Below are positions 30,004 to 40,849 of a stretch of 64,000 nt of DNA, one piece after another. A program made the position numbers and the translations under genes. Each line of letters opens with the position of its first letter. The first letter of the stretch is position 1. The notes under the pieces were generated by a model. That model was given only the letters and a program-made list of their open reading frames with translations. It searched no databases and was not told where the DNA came from. This DNA is from a virus (taxonomy: Duplodnaviria; Caudoviricetes): positions 192,001 through 256,000 of IMG/VR virus record IMGVR_UViG_3300021387_000661, one strand, 5' to 3'.

Positions 30004-30927
30004 ATGAGAACAATTCAAAAAAATTCATTAGAAATCTTCAAAACAAATATCTATATACCAACAGACATTGGTCTGGTGTCTAATAATGCCTATCTGTCTG
30101 TGGTAGCAACTAATAAGTGTAACAGGAACTGTCCATACTGTATCAATGGTGACACTGACCATACCCTGTCCATTCCTGTCAGGAAAATGACAAAGAATGT
30201 AAGTGAACTGGTTGACAGGTATGGTGTCAAAGAAGCAATCATTCTTGGTGGTGAACCAACCTTACATCCTGATATTTGTAATATCATTCATGGTTTGAAG
30301 TATGCAGGTATTCAGATTGTAAGACTTACCACCAATGGTATTGCCCTTACTGACCAACTCTTGAAAGATATGGTAAATTATGGATTGTATGGTCTGAACC
30401 TGTCCTTTCATAATGAAGACTTCATCTCCTATGAGAGACTTTCTCAGATTTATATGCTTTGCAAAGAACTGGGAATCAAACTCAGAATCAACACCAACAT
30501 CTGGAGAGGAAACCATGACTCCCTTGATTCTTTCCTGAATTTTTATGGGACTATTGTTGACAAGTGTGATGAAGTCCGTGTATCTAATATCATTCCAAAG
30601 GATACTTTTTCTGTTAATCCAAAGAATGATGAAAAGGCTGCACAAATGATTCTTCCAGATGAAGAATATCATAAGTTCTTCCAGGATCTGTGTGACTATT
30701 ACAGTAAGGATATGACATTAATTGAGAACAAGGATACCCTTGGATTTGTCAGGTATATTCTGATTCCTACCAAATGTCCAATCATTGTGAACTGGAACAT
30801 TGGATCCAAAGTTGCTGAACAGGTCTGCGAAAATGATATTGCAAACAGGAAAATCAACACCTTCAAGTGTTTGGTCTCTGGAAATATCAGTCTTTCCTGG
30901 AATGAAGGTAACACTTTTATCAAATAA
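30004..30927 (+). CDS. Radical SAM protein
   Basis: CNRNCPYC, GGEPTL, TTNG; start re-placed at 30004. Confidence 0.9.
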   Translation: MRTIQKNSLEIFKTNIYIPTDIGLVSNNAYLSVVATNKCNRNCPYCINGDTDHTLSIPVRKMTKNVSELVDRYGVKEAIILGGEPTLHPDICNIIHGLKYAGIQIVRLTTNGIALTDQLLKDMVNYGLYGLNLSFHNEDFISYERLSQIYMLCKELGIKLRINTNIWRGNHDSLDSFLNFYGTIVDKCDEVRVSNIIPKDTFSVNPKNDEKAAQMILPDEEYHKFFQDLCDYYSKDMTLIENKDTLGFVRYILIPTKCPIIVNWNIGSKVAEQVCENDIANRKINTFKCLVSGNISLSWNEGNTFIK

Positions 30928-30968
30928 ATTTGGTATTCTTTTGAAAAAACATTATATTTGTAACAGAT

Positions 30969-31796
30969 ATGATAAAGATTAATGATATTGAAGTGAATGT
31001 TGGACACTTCCCTGATGGGACACAGTGTATCAAGTTTCCCGTAGACGCATTATGGTCAGGACTTAATGATATGCCTATTCAGATTTCTTGGTATTATGAC
31101 TCTGATGAAGAACTCTTTACTCTTGCCTGTGTGATGGACTGGGTTCATCGCAGGCGTGGTTCAAAGAGAATCATCAAACTGAATATGCCTTATGTTCCAA
31201 ATGCCAGGATGGATCGCATTAAGAATGTTAATGAAAACTTCTCTCTTAAGGTTTTTGCCAACTTTATCAACTCACTTGGGTTTGATACTGTCAAGGTCTA
31301 TAATGTTCACTCCAATGTAAGTGAGGCACTCATCAACAATGTCTACAATGAAATGCCCAACAGAGATGTGAATTACTGTATTCTTAATTATAACCCTGAT
31401 GTTATTTTCTTCCCTGATGAGGGTGCTTGTAAGAGATATGCAGACCTTGATTCAGTAAAAGAATCTGGTCTCCCTGTTACCTTTGGTATCAAGAAACGGG
31501 AATGGAATACAGGAAAGATTCTTGGTCTTGATGTTGTATCTGACACAGACCTTACAGGAAAGAAGGTTCTTATTGTTGATGACATCTGTTCTGCCGGCGG
31601 GACATTTAAGTTCTCTGCAATGAAACTCAAGGAACTTGGTGCATCTGATGTTGCTCTCTATGTCTCCCATTGTGAAGACAATATCCAGAATGGTGACCTC
31701 CTGAAGACTGACCTTGTGTCAAAGATTTACACCACTAACAGTATTCTTCACATTCATCATCCAAAAATTGAAATTATTTCTTATTTCAGAAACTAA
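30969..31796 (+). CDS. Ribose-phosphate pyrophosphokinase-like (Adps/NARP1-type candidate)
   Basis: FPDG, PYVPNARMDR, PDEGA, IVDDICSAGGTF. Confidence 0.88.
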   Translation: MIKINDIEVNVGHFPDGTQCIKFPVDALWSGLNDMPIQISWYYDSDEELFTLACVMDWVHRRRGSKRIIKLNMPYVPNARMDRIKNVNENFSLKVFANFINSLGFDTVKVYNVHSNVSEALINNVYNEMPNRDVNYCILNYNPDVIFFPDEGACKRYADLDSVKESGLPVTFGIKKREWNTGKILGLDVVSDTDLTGKKVLIVDDICSAGGTFKFSAMKLKELGASDVALYVSHCEDNIQNGDLLKTDLVSKIYTTNSILHIHHPKIEIISYFRN

Positions 31797-31829
31797 TCAT
31801 TTTATACAATTAAAAATCTTATATAGGTT

Positions 31830-33323
31830 ATGATTAATACATTAGCAATTCTTTTATGTGACACTTATAAGACTTGTCACAATCGTATGTACCCTAAAAA
31901 CCTCAAGAAACTTACTTCTTATTGGGTACCTCGTAAGTCAATGTTCGAGAAACCTGAAAACCAGAAGATGGTCTGGTTTGGTATGCAGGCATTCATCCAG
32001 GAATGGCTCATTGACTACTTCCAGAAGAACTTCTTTGACCTCCCTCTCAATAGGGTTATGAAGGAATACAAGTTCACTATGAATATCCAGATTGGTGAAG
32101 GAAATTATGATGTTGAACCAATTGAAAAACTCCACACCCTGGGTTATCTTCCTTTGGAAATCAATGCACTTCCTGAAGGTTCACTAGTGAATATGGGTGT
32201 TCCTTGTATTGAAATTACAAATACAGTTGATGGGTTTGCTTGGTTAGTTCAGTGGATTGAATGTATCCTTCAGTCTGAACTCTGGAAAACCTCCAACCAT
32301 GCTACAATTGGTCACATGTACTACAAACTGGCCAAGTACTGGTATGACAAGACTGTTGATGATGGTGTCGACCCGCGAAACGCATTCGCAGACTTTGGTA
32401 TGAGGGGTATGAGTTGTATGAATGAGGCTGTCCGCTGTTCCGCTGCCTGGTTACTCTCATCCAACAAGACCAGTACCATTGCTGCCATCCCTTATCTGGA
32501 TGAGTACTATGATGCGGACTGTTCCTTCAACCATATAGGTATTGGTGCAGTCTCCACTGAACACTCTGTAATGGGTGCCAACTTTGCTCTGGATGGAGAT
32601 GAGAGAACCTTTGTCAAAAGACTCCTCACTGAACTCTATCCTAACTCCAGTTTCTCTATGGTGTCTGATACCTATGACTACTGGAATATGGTGGAGAACA
32701 TCATCCCTTCACTCAAGAAGGAAATCCTGGAACATAAGGGTAAACTCCTTATCCGTCCTGACTCTGGTGACCAGTATGAGACCACTGTTGAAACCATTCA
32801 GAAACTCTGGGATACCTTTGGTGGAACAGTCAATACCAAGGGTTACAAAGTCCTTGATTCCCATATTGGTGTCATCCTTGGTGATGGATGTACTCTCAAT
32901 GTCCTTCGTAAGATCTGGAAGGAACTGGATAGAAGGGGATTTGCTGCCAACAATGCCATCTTTGGTGTAGGTGCTTTCTGCTTCACCGCAATCTTTGAGG
33001 GTGACAAGATGATTGTAAACACCAGGGACACATTTGGTTGTGCTTGTAAAGCAACCTATGGTGTATTTGGTGACAAGGAACTCAAAATCTATAAGGATCC
33101 AAAGACTGACACCTCCCATCTCAAGAAGTCTCATAAGGGACTGGTCTTTGTGGAGAAGGTGAATGGTGAATACATCTACAAGGATGATATGCTCCAGGCA
33201 GAATATGATGAGTATGCAAAGACTCACACATCTGCAATGAGGACTGTCTTCAAGGATGGTAAGATGCATAACCGTGAGACCTTCACCACCATCCGTGAGC
33301 GTCTTGCAAATGAAAAGGATTAA
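31830..33323 (+). CDS. Nicotinamide phosphoribosyltransferase-like (Namat/NadV family)
   Basis: DTYKTCH, DFGMRG, TEHSVM, SMVSDTYD, IRPDSGD, RDTFG..KAT, KDPKTD. Confidence 0.9.
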   Translation: MINTLAILLCDTYKTCHNRMYPKNLKKLTSYWVPRKSMFEKPENQKMVWFGMQAFIQEWLIDYFQKNFFDLPLNRVMKEYKFTMNIQIGEGNYDVEPIEKLHTLGYLPLEINALPEGSLVNMGVPCIEITNTVDGFAWLVQWIECILQSELWKTSNHATIGHMYYKLAKYWYDKTVDDGVDPRNAFADFGMRGMSCMNEAVRCSAAWLLSSNKTSTIAAIPYLDEYYDADCSFNHIGIGAVSTEHSVMGANFALDGDERTFVKRLLTELYPNSSFSMVSDTYDYWNMVENIIPSLKKEILEHKGKLLIRPDSGDQYETTVETIQKLWDTFGGTVNTKGYKVLDSHIGVILGDGCTLNVLRKIWKELDRRGFAANNAIFGVGAFCFTAIFEGDKMIVNTRDTFGCACKATYGVFGDKELKIYKDPKTDTSHLKKSHKGLVFVEKVNGEYIYKDDMLQAEYDEYAKTHTSAMRTVFKDGKMHNRETFTTIRERLANEKD

Positions 33324-33326
33324 ATT

Positions 33327-33869
33327 ATGAATGACCGGAAACAAATTGACATTTACAAGGCCATCTTAAGACTTGATGGTATTGATGAACCATTCAGTGA
33401 ATTTGGACCAAATCATCCAAAGATTGGTGACTTTGTATCCCCAAGTATATATTTCTCCAGTAACTTCACTTATAAGTTGGAGAAACCAGGTTCAAGTAAT
33501 CTCACAAGAGATGAAGTGAAATCTTCTTACTGGGAATGTGTTGGAATCAGACATACTGAATATCATATGTTTATGAAGTTCAGGTCTGTTGATAAAATCA
33601 ATGGAAGAAGGAGATTCCTCACATATAGAGACCCTTGGAAATTCACAGCAGAGATTGTTGATATGCCAGAAAAGGCAAAACTCATCATCAGGTATAAAAA
33701 TGGGGAGTTCACCCTTCTTGAACTGTTGGAAATCTTCAAGGAAAAAGGATATTCTTCAAGAATCCATTTCAAGTCTATTCTGTTTGATATTTCTGGTGAT
33801 GAATATCTTCAGGCAATGACAGAACTCCTTGAAGAAAATTGGAAAGATATGCAAAATAAAAAGTATTAG
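33327..33869 (+). CDS. Hypothetical protein
   Basis: ORF track. Confidence 0.65.
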   Translation: MNDRKQIDIYKAILRLDGIDEPFSEFGPNHPKIGDFVSPSIYFSSNFTYKLEKPGSSNLTRDEVKSSYWECVGIRHTEYHMFMKFRSVDKINGRRRFLTYRDPWKFTAEIVDMPEKAKLIIRYKNGEFTLLELLEIFKEKGYSSRIHFKSILFDISGDEYLQAMTELLEENWKDMQNKKY

Positions 33870-33872
33870 GTT

Positions 33873-34373
33873 ATGATAAAAGAAGTAGATGGAAACCTTT
33901 TGACCTACCCTGGTCTCAAGGTTATTGCACACCAGGTCAATGCACTTGCTGTAATGGGAGCAGGTATTGCTAAACAAATCAAGGCAAGATGGCCAGAGGT
34001 ATTCAAAGAGTATTATGATTACTGTAAGTCATTCAGTGATGCTCATAACCTCCTCGGAAAATGTCAGGTAGTAAAGACTGATGACGGGAAGTACATTGCC
34101 AATCTCTTTGGTGAGTATTCTTTCTGCGAAAGTATCGCACCGTATGAAGATGGTGGAAAACCCAGGCATACTGATTATGATGCATTGAAAGAATGTCTTC
34201 ACAGACTCCATACCTGGATGGTCCTGAATGACATCAAGATTGGGGGTGTACCATTTAGACTTGGATCAGGCCTGGCTGGCGGTAACTGGGATGGTGTAGT
34301 CTATCCAATGATTAAGAATGAATTTGAGGAAGATGAGGACATCACTTTATACATTGTAAAATATAATGGATAG
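33873..34373 (+). CDS. Macrodomain (ADP-ribose binding/hydrolase) protein
   Basis: GNLL, HQVN...MGAGIA, GSGLAGGNW. Confidence 0.88.
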   Translation: MIKEVDGNLLTYPGLKVIAHQVNALAVMGAGIAKQIKARWPEVFKEYYDYCKSFSDAHNLLGKCQVVKTDDGKYIANLFGEYSFCESIAPYEDGGKPRHTDYDALKECLHRLHTWMVLNDIKIGGVPFRLGSGLAGGNWDGVVYPMIKNEFEEDEDITLYIVKYNG

Positions 34374-34375
34374 TT

Positions 34376-34783
34376 ATGGAATGTAATTTGAAATCTCCAT
34401 TTAAGGAGGCATTTGAAAGTGGTGACTCTATTGACTACAAGTTGGTACCAGGTGCAAAGAAGACGGATCATGATGTAGTTAAGGAGATGGGTTATAAAAT
34501 ACAGATGAACTCTGATTGTTCATTTACTGCATCTGGTCTTCCTGGTTTTAGTCTGTCCAGTTATGGAGACTGGGGTACATTCTTTGTTGACTGGGGTACT
34601 TATACTGAAAAGAAACTTTTCCTTGATATGTGTAATGAAGGAATCATCACACCTTGGAGGGTAAGAAAGTATGTGAGAGAAGGAAAGAATATTGTACCTT
34701 ATGACTATGATGAGAGGGGATGGACAAAGCACAGTGAAGAACTTGGAAAATGGGTATCAACTGAATCCCCTTATACAAAATAA
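34376..34783 (+). CDS. Hypothetical protein
   Basis: ORF track. Confidence 0.65.
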   Translation: MECNLKSPFKEAFESGDSIDYKLVPGAKKTDHDVVKEMGYKIQMNSDCSFTASGLPGFSLSSYGDWGTFFVDWGTYTEKKLFLDMCNEGIITPWRVRKYVREGKNIVPYDYDERGWTKHSEELGKWVSTESPYTK

Positions 34784-34793
34784 GTAAACTGAT

Positions 34794-35552
34794 ATGAAAA
34801 GAGAATATACTTTTAATGTAGAACAAGTAACCAATGAATGTATCCAGTGGATCAGGAATTGGTTTGAGAAGAACGGTCCTGGATGTAATGCCATTATCGG
34901 TATTTCAGGTGGTAAGGATTCTACCATTGTGGCAAAGCTCTGTGTGGAGGCGCTTGGTGCTGACAGGGTGATTGGTGTTATGATGCCTAATGGAATTCAA
35001 AAAGACATTTCTGATTCAATCAAAGTTTGTGAATTTCTCGGTATTAAAAACTATACTATCAATATTGAGAATTCTGTAAATTCAATCCTCAAACAGATGG
35101 CTGAATCAGGTATTGAAATCACAGAACAGACAAAGACAAATCTTCCTGCAAGAATTAGGATGTCTACACTTTATGCAGTTAGTCAGTCAAATGTAGGTAG
35201 GGTTTCAAACAACTGCAACAGAAGTGAAAACTATGTTTCATATGAGACTAAATATGGTGACGGTGCGGGAGATTTCGCACCTATTGCAAACCTTACTGTA
35301 AGGGAACTTCTGAAAATTGGAGATTATCTTGGATTACCATATGAATTGGTACATAAGACCCCAATTGATGGACTCAATATAAACCCAGATGGTTCATATG
35401 TTACAGATGAGCAGGGACTTGGTTTCTCATATGCAGAACTTGATGATTATCTTCTTTATGGGATTAAACCAGAGTCAAAGAAGTTGGAAAAAATTGAGAG
35501 AATGCATCAGAGGGGGGTTGCAAAAAATCGGATGCTGAGTTTTGAATTTTAG
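34794..35552 (+). CDS. nadE: NH3-dependent NAD+ synthetase
   Basis: GISGGKDS, NLPARIRM, TKYGDGAGD, DEQGLGFSY. Confidence 0.93.
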   Translation: MKREYTFNVEQVTNECIQWIRNWFEKNGPGCNAIIGISGGKDSTIVAKLCVEALGADRVIGVMMPNGIQKDISDSIKVCEFLGIKNYTINIENSVNSILKQMAESGIEITEQTKTNLPARIRMSTLYAVSQSNVGRVSNNCNRSENYVSYETKYGDGAGDFAPIANLTVRELLKIGDYLGLPYELVHKTPIDGLNINPDGSYVTDEQGLGFSYAELDDYLLYGIKPESKKLEKIERMHQRGVAKNRMLSFEF

Positions 35553-35565
35553 AAAAGAGTGGTTG

Positions 35566-36807
35566 TTAATCAACCACTCTTTTTAATATATCATCTTTAT
35601 TTTCAATAACTTCATATGGATAATCAATTTTAAGATTTGAAAAATATATTAAAGTAACATTATGTTCATCACACAGTTTCTTTTTAAGTTTATCATTATT
35701 CCATATGTATTCAAAAGATGATTCACCACCAAAAAAATCACTATTTTCAAAATGTTGTCTGCCTTGACATTCTATTGCTATATTTTTTGATGGAATATAG
35801 AAATCCAAAGATTTAAGTCCTAACCAGTCAAACTTTTTTTGCTCTTCAAATATAATCTCATTATCTATTAAAAGTCTTTTTATTTCAAGTTCAAGATGAC
35901 TTTGGTTGCATTTGGGACACCCTCTTAAATGATGTGTAAAATTATAAAAAGTACAAGTTCTCCACTCCTGATGACATTTCAAACATTCTAATATAAGATA
36001 TGTTGATGATCCATACCATTCACATTCATTACCATTTTTATCACAATATCCTTTAAACTTATAATCTCTTTTTTCACAAAGTTCCAAAATAAGAGGTAAA
36101 CATTCTTCTTCTTTTCTTATATGGTTTTTACCATTTTGTTTGTTTGAACAATTTGGACATTTTGATTTTGAATAAACTGTATTAAGTGATTTTCTCCATA
36201 TATGTCCACAAATATTACATTTTAATAAAGCATATGTTCCCATTTCCCATTTAACATTGTGTTGATAATCATCTTGGTATTCCAAAATATCCCAGTTATT
36301 TTTTTCACACAATGACTTAAAATGATTGAACCTATTTTCTTTAAAATAACTTTTACAATTTGGACATTTTCTACCTCTTATGAAATTATCATATGAACAA
36401 GTATACCAAACATTACCACAATTATTGCATCTAATTGCAAGGTATGTATTAGCAACACCATTCCAAGTTGATGCATTATGTTCTTTATCACAAAAATATA
36501 AAAATGTGTAATTAAGTTCTGTACAAATTTTCAATATATTTTTCCTTGCAGATTCTTCACTCACCCTTTTACAATTAGGGCATTTTCCTCCTTGCATAAA
36601 ACGATTGTAAGTTGTTGATGTCCAAATTTTATTACACTTTGGGCAGTATAATTTTAAGTATGTCTGGTTATTCTTGTATTCACATTCATTACCATCCTTA
36701 TCACAGAAAGATAAGAAATCATATCCTCTCTCTTCACATAAGATTTTTACTCTTTTGATGACCTCATCATTTGTGAGATTGTAACAGGTTTCAAATTTTT
36801 GACTCAT
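35566..36807 (-). CDS. Free-standing homing-endonuclease-like protein (zinc-ribbon repeats plus Vsr/DUF559-like PD-(D/E)xK domain)
   Basis: Four CxxC...CPxC repeats; C-terminal LDFYIPSKNIAIECQGRQHF; opposite strand to its neighbours. Confidence 0.75.
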   Translation of the reverse strand: MSQKFETCYNLTNDEVIKRVKILCEERGYDFLSFCDKDGNECEYKNNQTYLKLYCPKCNKIWTSTTYNRFMQGGKCPNCKRVSEESARKNILKICTELNYTFLYFCDKEHNASTWNGVANTYLAIRCNNCGNVWYTCSYDNFIRGRKCPNCKSYFKENRFNHFKSLCEKNNWDILEYQDDYQHNVKWEMGTYALLKCNICGHIWRKSLNTVYSKSKCPNCSNKQNGKNHIRKEEECLPLILELCEKRDYKFKGYCDKNGNECEWYGSSTYLILECLKCHQEWRTCTFYNFTHHLRGCPKCNQSHLELEIKRLLIDNEIIFEEQKKFDWLGLKSLDFYIPSKNIAIECQGRQHFENSDFFGGESSFEYIWNNDKLKKKLCDEHNVTLIYFSNLKIDYPYEVIENKDDILKRVVD

Positions 36808-36948
36808 AATTTTATATCATCTCATCTACATTAAAGTAAAATAGATTAAAAGAAATTTGGTTATACTATATTTATGTAAATTTATTTTGATTTTATTTGA
36901 TTTTTTCATAAAAAATTGTTATCTTTGTATTAGGAAAATAATAGTATT

Positions 36949-37305
36949 ATGATAGTTAAGGTAAATAAAGTGCAGTACAATCCGGAGACCAATGGTTATC
37001 TGGATGATCTTCATTATGATTTAGATATCCCGGATGATAAAATCATCAAGGGTATCACAACCACGACTCCAACTTACTGGTATGCATTGATAGATGGGAA
37101 TCTCTTCAAGTCTGACCAGAGGAAAGGACTTAAAAATATCTATTTCTCTTCCAAGGATGAACTGGAAGATGCTCTCTCCCAGGCACTTTATTGGAGACAG
37201 AAGTTGGTACCTGGTATTGGGTGTGGTATAGGTTACGATTGCGAAGACTTCTATCACAAACTGAAACAGACTCATAATATTGAATTCAAAAAAGTACAGT
37301 TCTAA
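36949..37305 (+). CDS. Hypothetical protein
   Basis: ORF track. Confidence 0.65.
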   Translation: MIVKVNKVQYNPETNGYLDDLHYDLDIPDDKIIKGITTTTPTYWYALIDGNLFKSDQRKGLKNIYFSSKDELEDALSQALYWRQKLVPGIGCGIGYDCEDFYHKLKQTHNIEFKKVQF

Positions 37306-37308
37306 TAT

Positions 37309-39195
37309 ATGGATAAGAGAGAACTTTATGATAAGGCAAAGGAAGCTTATTACAATGGTGGAGAACCCATTATGACTGACCAGGAGTTTGACCAGTTGGA
37401 GGAAGAATTGGGATTAACTAACCAGGGTTATGTTGGTACTCATCACCAGAAGTCCTATACAGTGAAACATCCATTCATTATGGGTAGTCTCTCCAAGGTA
37501 CAAATCAAGGAAGATGATAACCATAATGTGAATTGGTCAGGATTTCAGGAGAAGGTGATGACCTATCTCCGTAAGTCCAATGGATATGGGAAAAATAAAT
37601 GGTTCTATGAGGTGACACCCAAATATGACGGGTGTTCCTGGGAAGCTGTCATTGACCATAAGGGAAATCTTGTGTCTGTATCCAGTAGAGGTGATGGACA
37701 GTTTGGTAAAGATATCAAGGTCTGGTTTGAGAATGAGTGGAAGACCAACTATGAACCTTATGTGATGGACTACTACAGGTCTGCACTGGATGAACAATCT
37801 TATTTCTTCCTTAAATACTTGGTAATCAGGGGAGAATGCTTGATAAAGAAGTCTGTCTTTATGGACAAATACTCACAGGAATTCACTCTTCCCAGAAGTT
37901 TTGTTTCCGGTGTCCTTGGTCAGGACTGGGAAGATTCTGACAAGCAGAAGGAGATGAGGGATGACCTGTCCTGGGTTGCATATGATTTCAGGACTGTTTA
38001 TGAAAATGGTACCATCATTGAAGAAGGATATACCAAGTTTGATGAACTCTCAAAATACACCCTGGGGAACAGACCTGACTTCATCATTACAGGTAACAGT
38101 TATAACTTCAACCTTGACCACCTTTATGGTATCTTCGAGAAGGTCAGGCAGAACAGTGAGTTTGCTCTTGATGGATTTGTGGTGAAGCCTGGCGCTCATT
38201 TCAGACTTTTGGATGGTGGAAGGACAAGACAGGAAGACTGTGTTGCCATCAAGTACCTCCCAGAGATTGTGGATGCTGAACTCATTGATGTTGAGTGGAA
38301 TGTGGGAAAGACTGGTGAGTATTATCCAACAGGTATCCTTGCTGATGTCATCCTTGGTGGAAAGAATGTGAACAGGGTCAGCCTCTCCAACTATGGAAAG
38401 ATTGTTGAGGACAAGATTGGAATTGGATCCCACCTGAAAATCTCACTTGCGGGAGACATCATACCATTCGTTTTTCAGGTTGTCTCTGGTGGTGAGCATC
38501 CAGTTCCTGTTCCTGAAGATTCTTATGTGGATGGTGTACATCTGATGAAGACTATGAGTGAGAAGGACAAGATGTACATCAGGTTCATCAACTCTGTCAA
38601 TGTCATCAAACCAGATGGAATTGGCGAGAAGGTGGCAACCAAGTTGTTTGAAATCTTCCCCACAGACAACATCCTGGACTTTATGATCAATGACAAGTGG
38701 AAGGAAAGTCTTGATGACAGTAAGTCTTCACAAAACATCATCAACTCTCTCAATGAAAGGAAAAAGACTCTTTCTATGACAAATCTCATCCAGTCAATGG
38801 GTTATGAGAACTGTGGAGAAAAGAACAGTGCCTGGTTGGCAGATAAGCTGTGTGGTCTAAACCCTGACACAAAAGGTATCCCCACAACCATCATTGAACT
38901 CTCTGAAAACTATGAGTTCAACAGCAAGGTCACCAACTATATGCTGGCAATGGATGTGAAACCTGTCAAGAAGGAAGACACATCTGGAAAGACACCTGTC
39001 ATCCTCACTGGTTCTCCAAAGGAATGTGGGTACAATACCAAAGCAGATTTCCTTGCGAAACATCCGCAGTTCGTAGAGACGACAAAATGGAATGAATGCA
39101 AGACTCTCATAACAGATGATTTAGACTCCACCAGTTCAAAAATGCAGAAGGCAAAGAAACTGGGAATTGAAATCAAAACATATTTGGATTTCTAA
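37309..39195 (+). CDS. ligA: NAD+-dependent DNA ligase
   Basis: YY...TDQEFD domain Ia, KYDG, SRGDG, RGE, DGFVVK, AIKY, C-terminal BRCT. Confidence 0.92.
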   Translation: MDKRELYDKAKEAYYNGGEPIMTDQEFDQLEEELGLTNQGYVGTHHQKSYTVKHPFIMGSLSKVQIKEDDNHNVNWSGFQEKVMTYLRKSNGYGKNKWFYEVTPKYDGCSWEAVIDHKGNLVSVSSRGDGQFGKDIKVWFENEWKTNYEPYVMDYYRSALDEQSYFFLKYLVIRGECLIKKSVFMDKYSQEFTLPRSFVSGVLGQDWEDSDKQKEMRDDLSWVAYDFRTVYENGTIIEEGYTKFDELSKYTLGNRPDFIITGNSYNFNLDHLYGIFEKVRQNSEFALDGFVVKPGAHFRLLDGGRTRQEDCVAIKYLPEIVDAELIDVEWNVGKTGEYYPTGILADVILGGKNVNRVSLSNYGKIVEDKIGIGSHLKISLAGDIIPFVFQVVSGGEHPVPVPEDSYVDGVHLMKTMSEKDKMYIRFINSVNVIKPDGIGEKVATKLFEIFPTDNILDFMINDKWKESLDDSKSSQNIINSLNERKKTLSMTNLIQSMGYENCGEKNSAWLADKLCGLNPDTKGIPTTIIELSENYEFNSKVTNYMLAMDVKPVKKEDTSGKTPVILTGSPKECGYNTKADFLAKHPQFVETTKWNECKTLITDDLDSTSSKMQKAKKLGIEIKTYLDF

Positions 39196-39228
39196 AATAA
39201 AATCACTATCTTTGTAAAAAGAAAAGAT

Positions 39229-39450
39229 ATGAATATAACACTACTCAAAAGTTATGATGACTTTATGAATCTGATTAATGAGAATACAGGTAATCTTGGA
39301 TTCTATGGTAGGACTGTTACTATGCTTGACTCAAGTGATGACACCAGACCTACAAAGTATCCTTGTGTTGCAGTATGGAATATTGAAGAGGATTCAAATG
39401 GTCCATCTTATCTTGAATCTGTATTTGTTTATCTTGATGATTTTGAATAA
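39229..39450 (+). CDS. Hypothetical protein
   Basis: ORF track. Confidence 0.55.
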   Translation: MNITLLKSYDDFMNLINENTGNLGFYGRTVTMLDSSDDTRPTKYPCVAVWNIEEDSNGPSYLESVFVYLDDFE

Positions 39451-39601
39451 TTATGTTTATTTATTTTAACAATACAAGAACTCATTCCAGTTGGAGATTC
39501 ACCATTCTTCCAACCATCTTTATAGAAAAAGATTATGATTATGAGGAACTTATAGTTTCCATTGAATGGTTGTGCTGGTCATTAAATTTTGAATTCAGTT
39601 T

Positions 39602-40039
39602 ATGGAAAAGATTAAAAAGGTAACAGCAGCAATAGTTATCATTGACAAAAATGGAAACATCCTTGGTTGTCATGCCACCGGGAAACCAGATTATACTGGA
39701 TATGATTTTCCAAAAGGTTGTGTTGAACCAGGAGAATCAGATATTACTACTGCAATCAGAGAACTAAAAGAAGAGACTGGACTATTTGTCTCTGAATCTG
39801 ATTTGATTGATGCAGGTGTTCATCCTCATAACAAAGAGAAGGACATTCACCTTTTCATTTACAGGGTCAATGTGTTACCAAATACAACAACTCTGAAATG
39901 TACATCCTATTTTGAACTCCCTGATGGTAGGAAGTTACCAGAGATGAATGGTTTCAAAATCATCTCAAAATCAGAAAGGGATATGTTCAACAAAGTATTA
40001 CAGAATAAGTTTGAAATTATAGATTCATTCAACAAGTAA
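39602..40039 (+). CDS. Nudix hydrolase
   Basis: GCVEPGESDITTAIRELKEETGL Nudix box. Confidence 0.92.
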   Translation: MEKIKKVTAAIVIIDKNGNILGCHATGKPDYTGYDFPKGCVEPGESDITTAIRELKEETGLFVSESDLIDAGVHPHNKEKDIHLFIYRVNVLPNTTTLKCTSYFELPDGRKLPEMNGFKIISKSERDMFNKVLQNKFEIIDSFNK

Positions 40040-40251
40040 TGGAAGATTTCATCAAATCATTAAGAATTTTTGAGAAGTATTGTGATGATTATCACAAGAA
40101 ATACCCATTCTGCTGTGACCATGACATCATTGTGTTCAATGGTGCCGGAAAGAATGATGTGTCACTTGAAGACATTGCTGAATTACATGAACTTGGATGG
40201 GATCCTTATGAAGATTTTGGATTCTATTCATTTAGATATGGAAGTAATTAA
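40039..40251 (+). CDS. Hypothetical protein
   Basis: ORF track. Confidence 0.6.
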   Translation: MEDFIKSLRIFEKYCDDYHKKYPFCCDHDIIVFNGAGKNDVSLEDIAELHELGWDPYEDFGFYSFRYGSN

Positions 40252-40410
40252 TATGAATATTAAAGAGATATATAATATAATCAAATTTATTAGGAAGAGT
40301 AATTCTTGCCTAATTCTCAGAAATGATTTACAGTTAGGTTCATTTGGTTATCTTGATGATACTATGATGAAATTTCATGATTATATTATGAAAACTTCAA
40401 TTAAAAAATA

Positions 40411-40848
40411 ATGAAACACACTATCACAGAATTTAAGGAATGGCCAAATGGTCTTGAACTGTGTTATCATGACTGGGTGGTGAAAGCATCCAAGAATGAA
40501 ATCACAGAGAAACTGGGTTTTGGACCGACAAAGGTCTATGAAGATAAGGACTGCACCTATCAGTGGAATTGTCTTCTGAATGGTAAATACTATTTTACCT
40601 TGTATGATATGAGTTATGATGAGACTCCTGGTGATGATGATGTGATTGAGTATCATATAGGGTTTTCAGATAAGTATGATGACATACACCATTTCTTCCC
40701 AGATTCAATTGAAGCACTTGATATGATAGAATCTCTTAGAGAAAGAGATTTTGATGTTGACCATTCAGAAACCTGGAAGAATTTCCATAATGATGGGATA
40801 TTAGACCAGATAGAGAGTTATATCAAACAGCAAATGATATTGAAGTAA
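40411..40848 (+). CDS. Hypothetical protein
   Basis: ORF track. Confidence 0.7.
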   Translation: MKHTITEFKEWPNGLELCYHDWVVKASKNEITEKLGFGPTKVYEDKDCTYQWNCLLNGKYYFTLYDMSYDETPGDDDVIEYHIGFSDKYDDIHHFFPDSIEALDMIESLRERDFDVDHSETWKNFHNDGILDQIESYIKQQMILK

Positions 40849-40849
40849 T

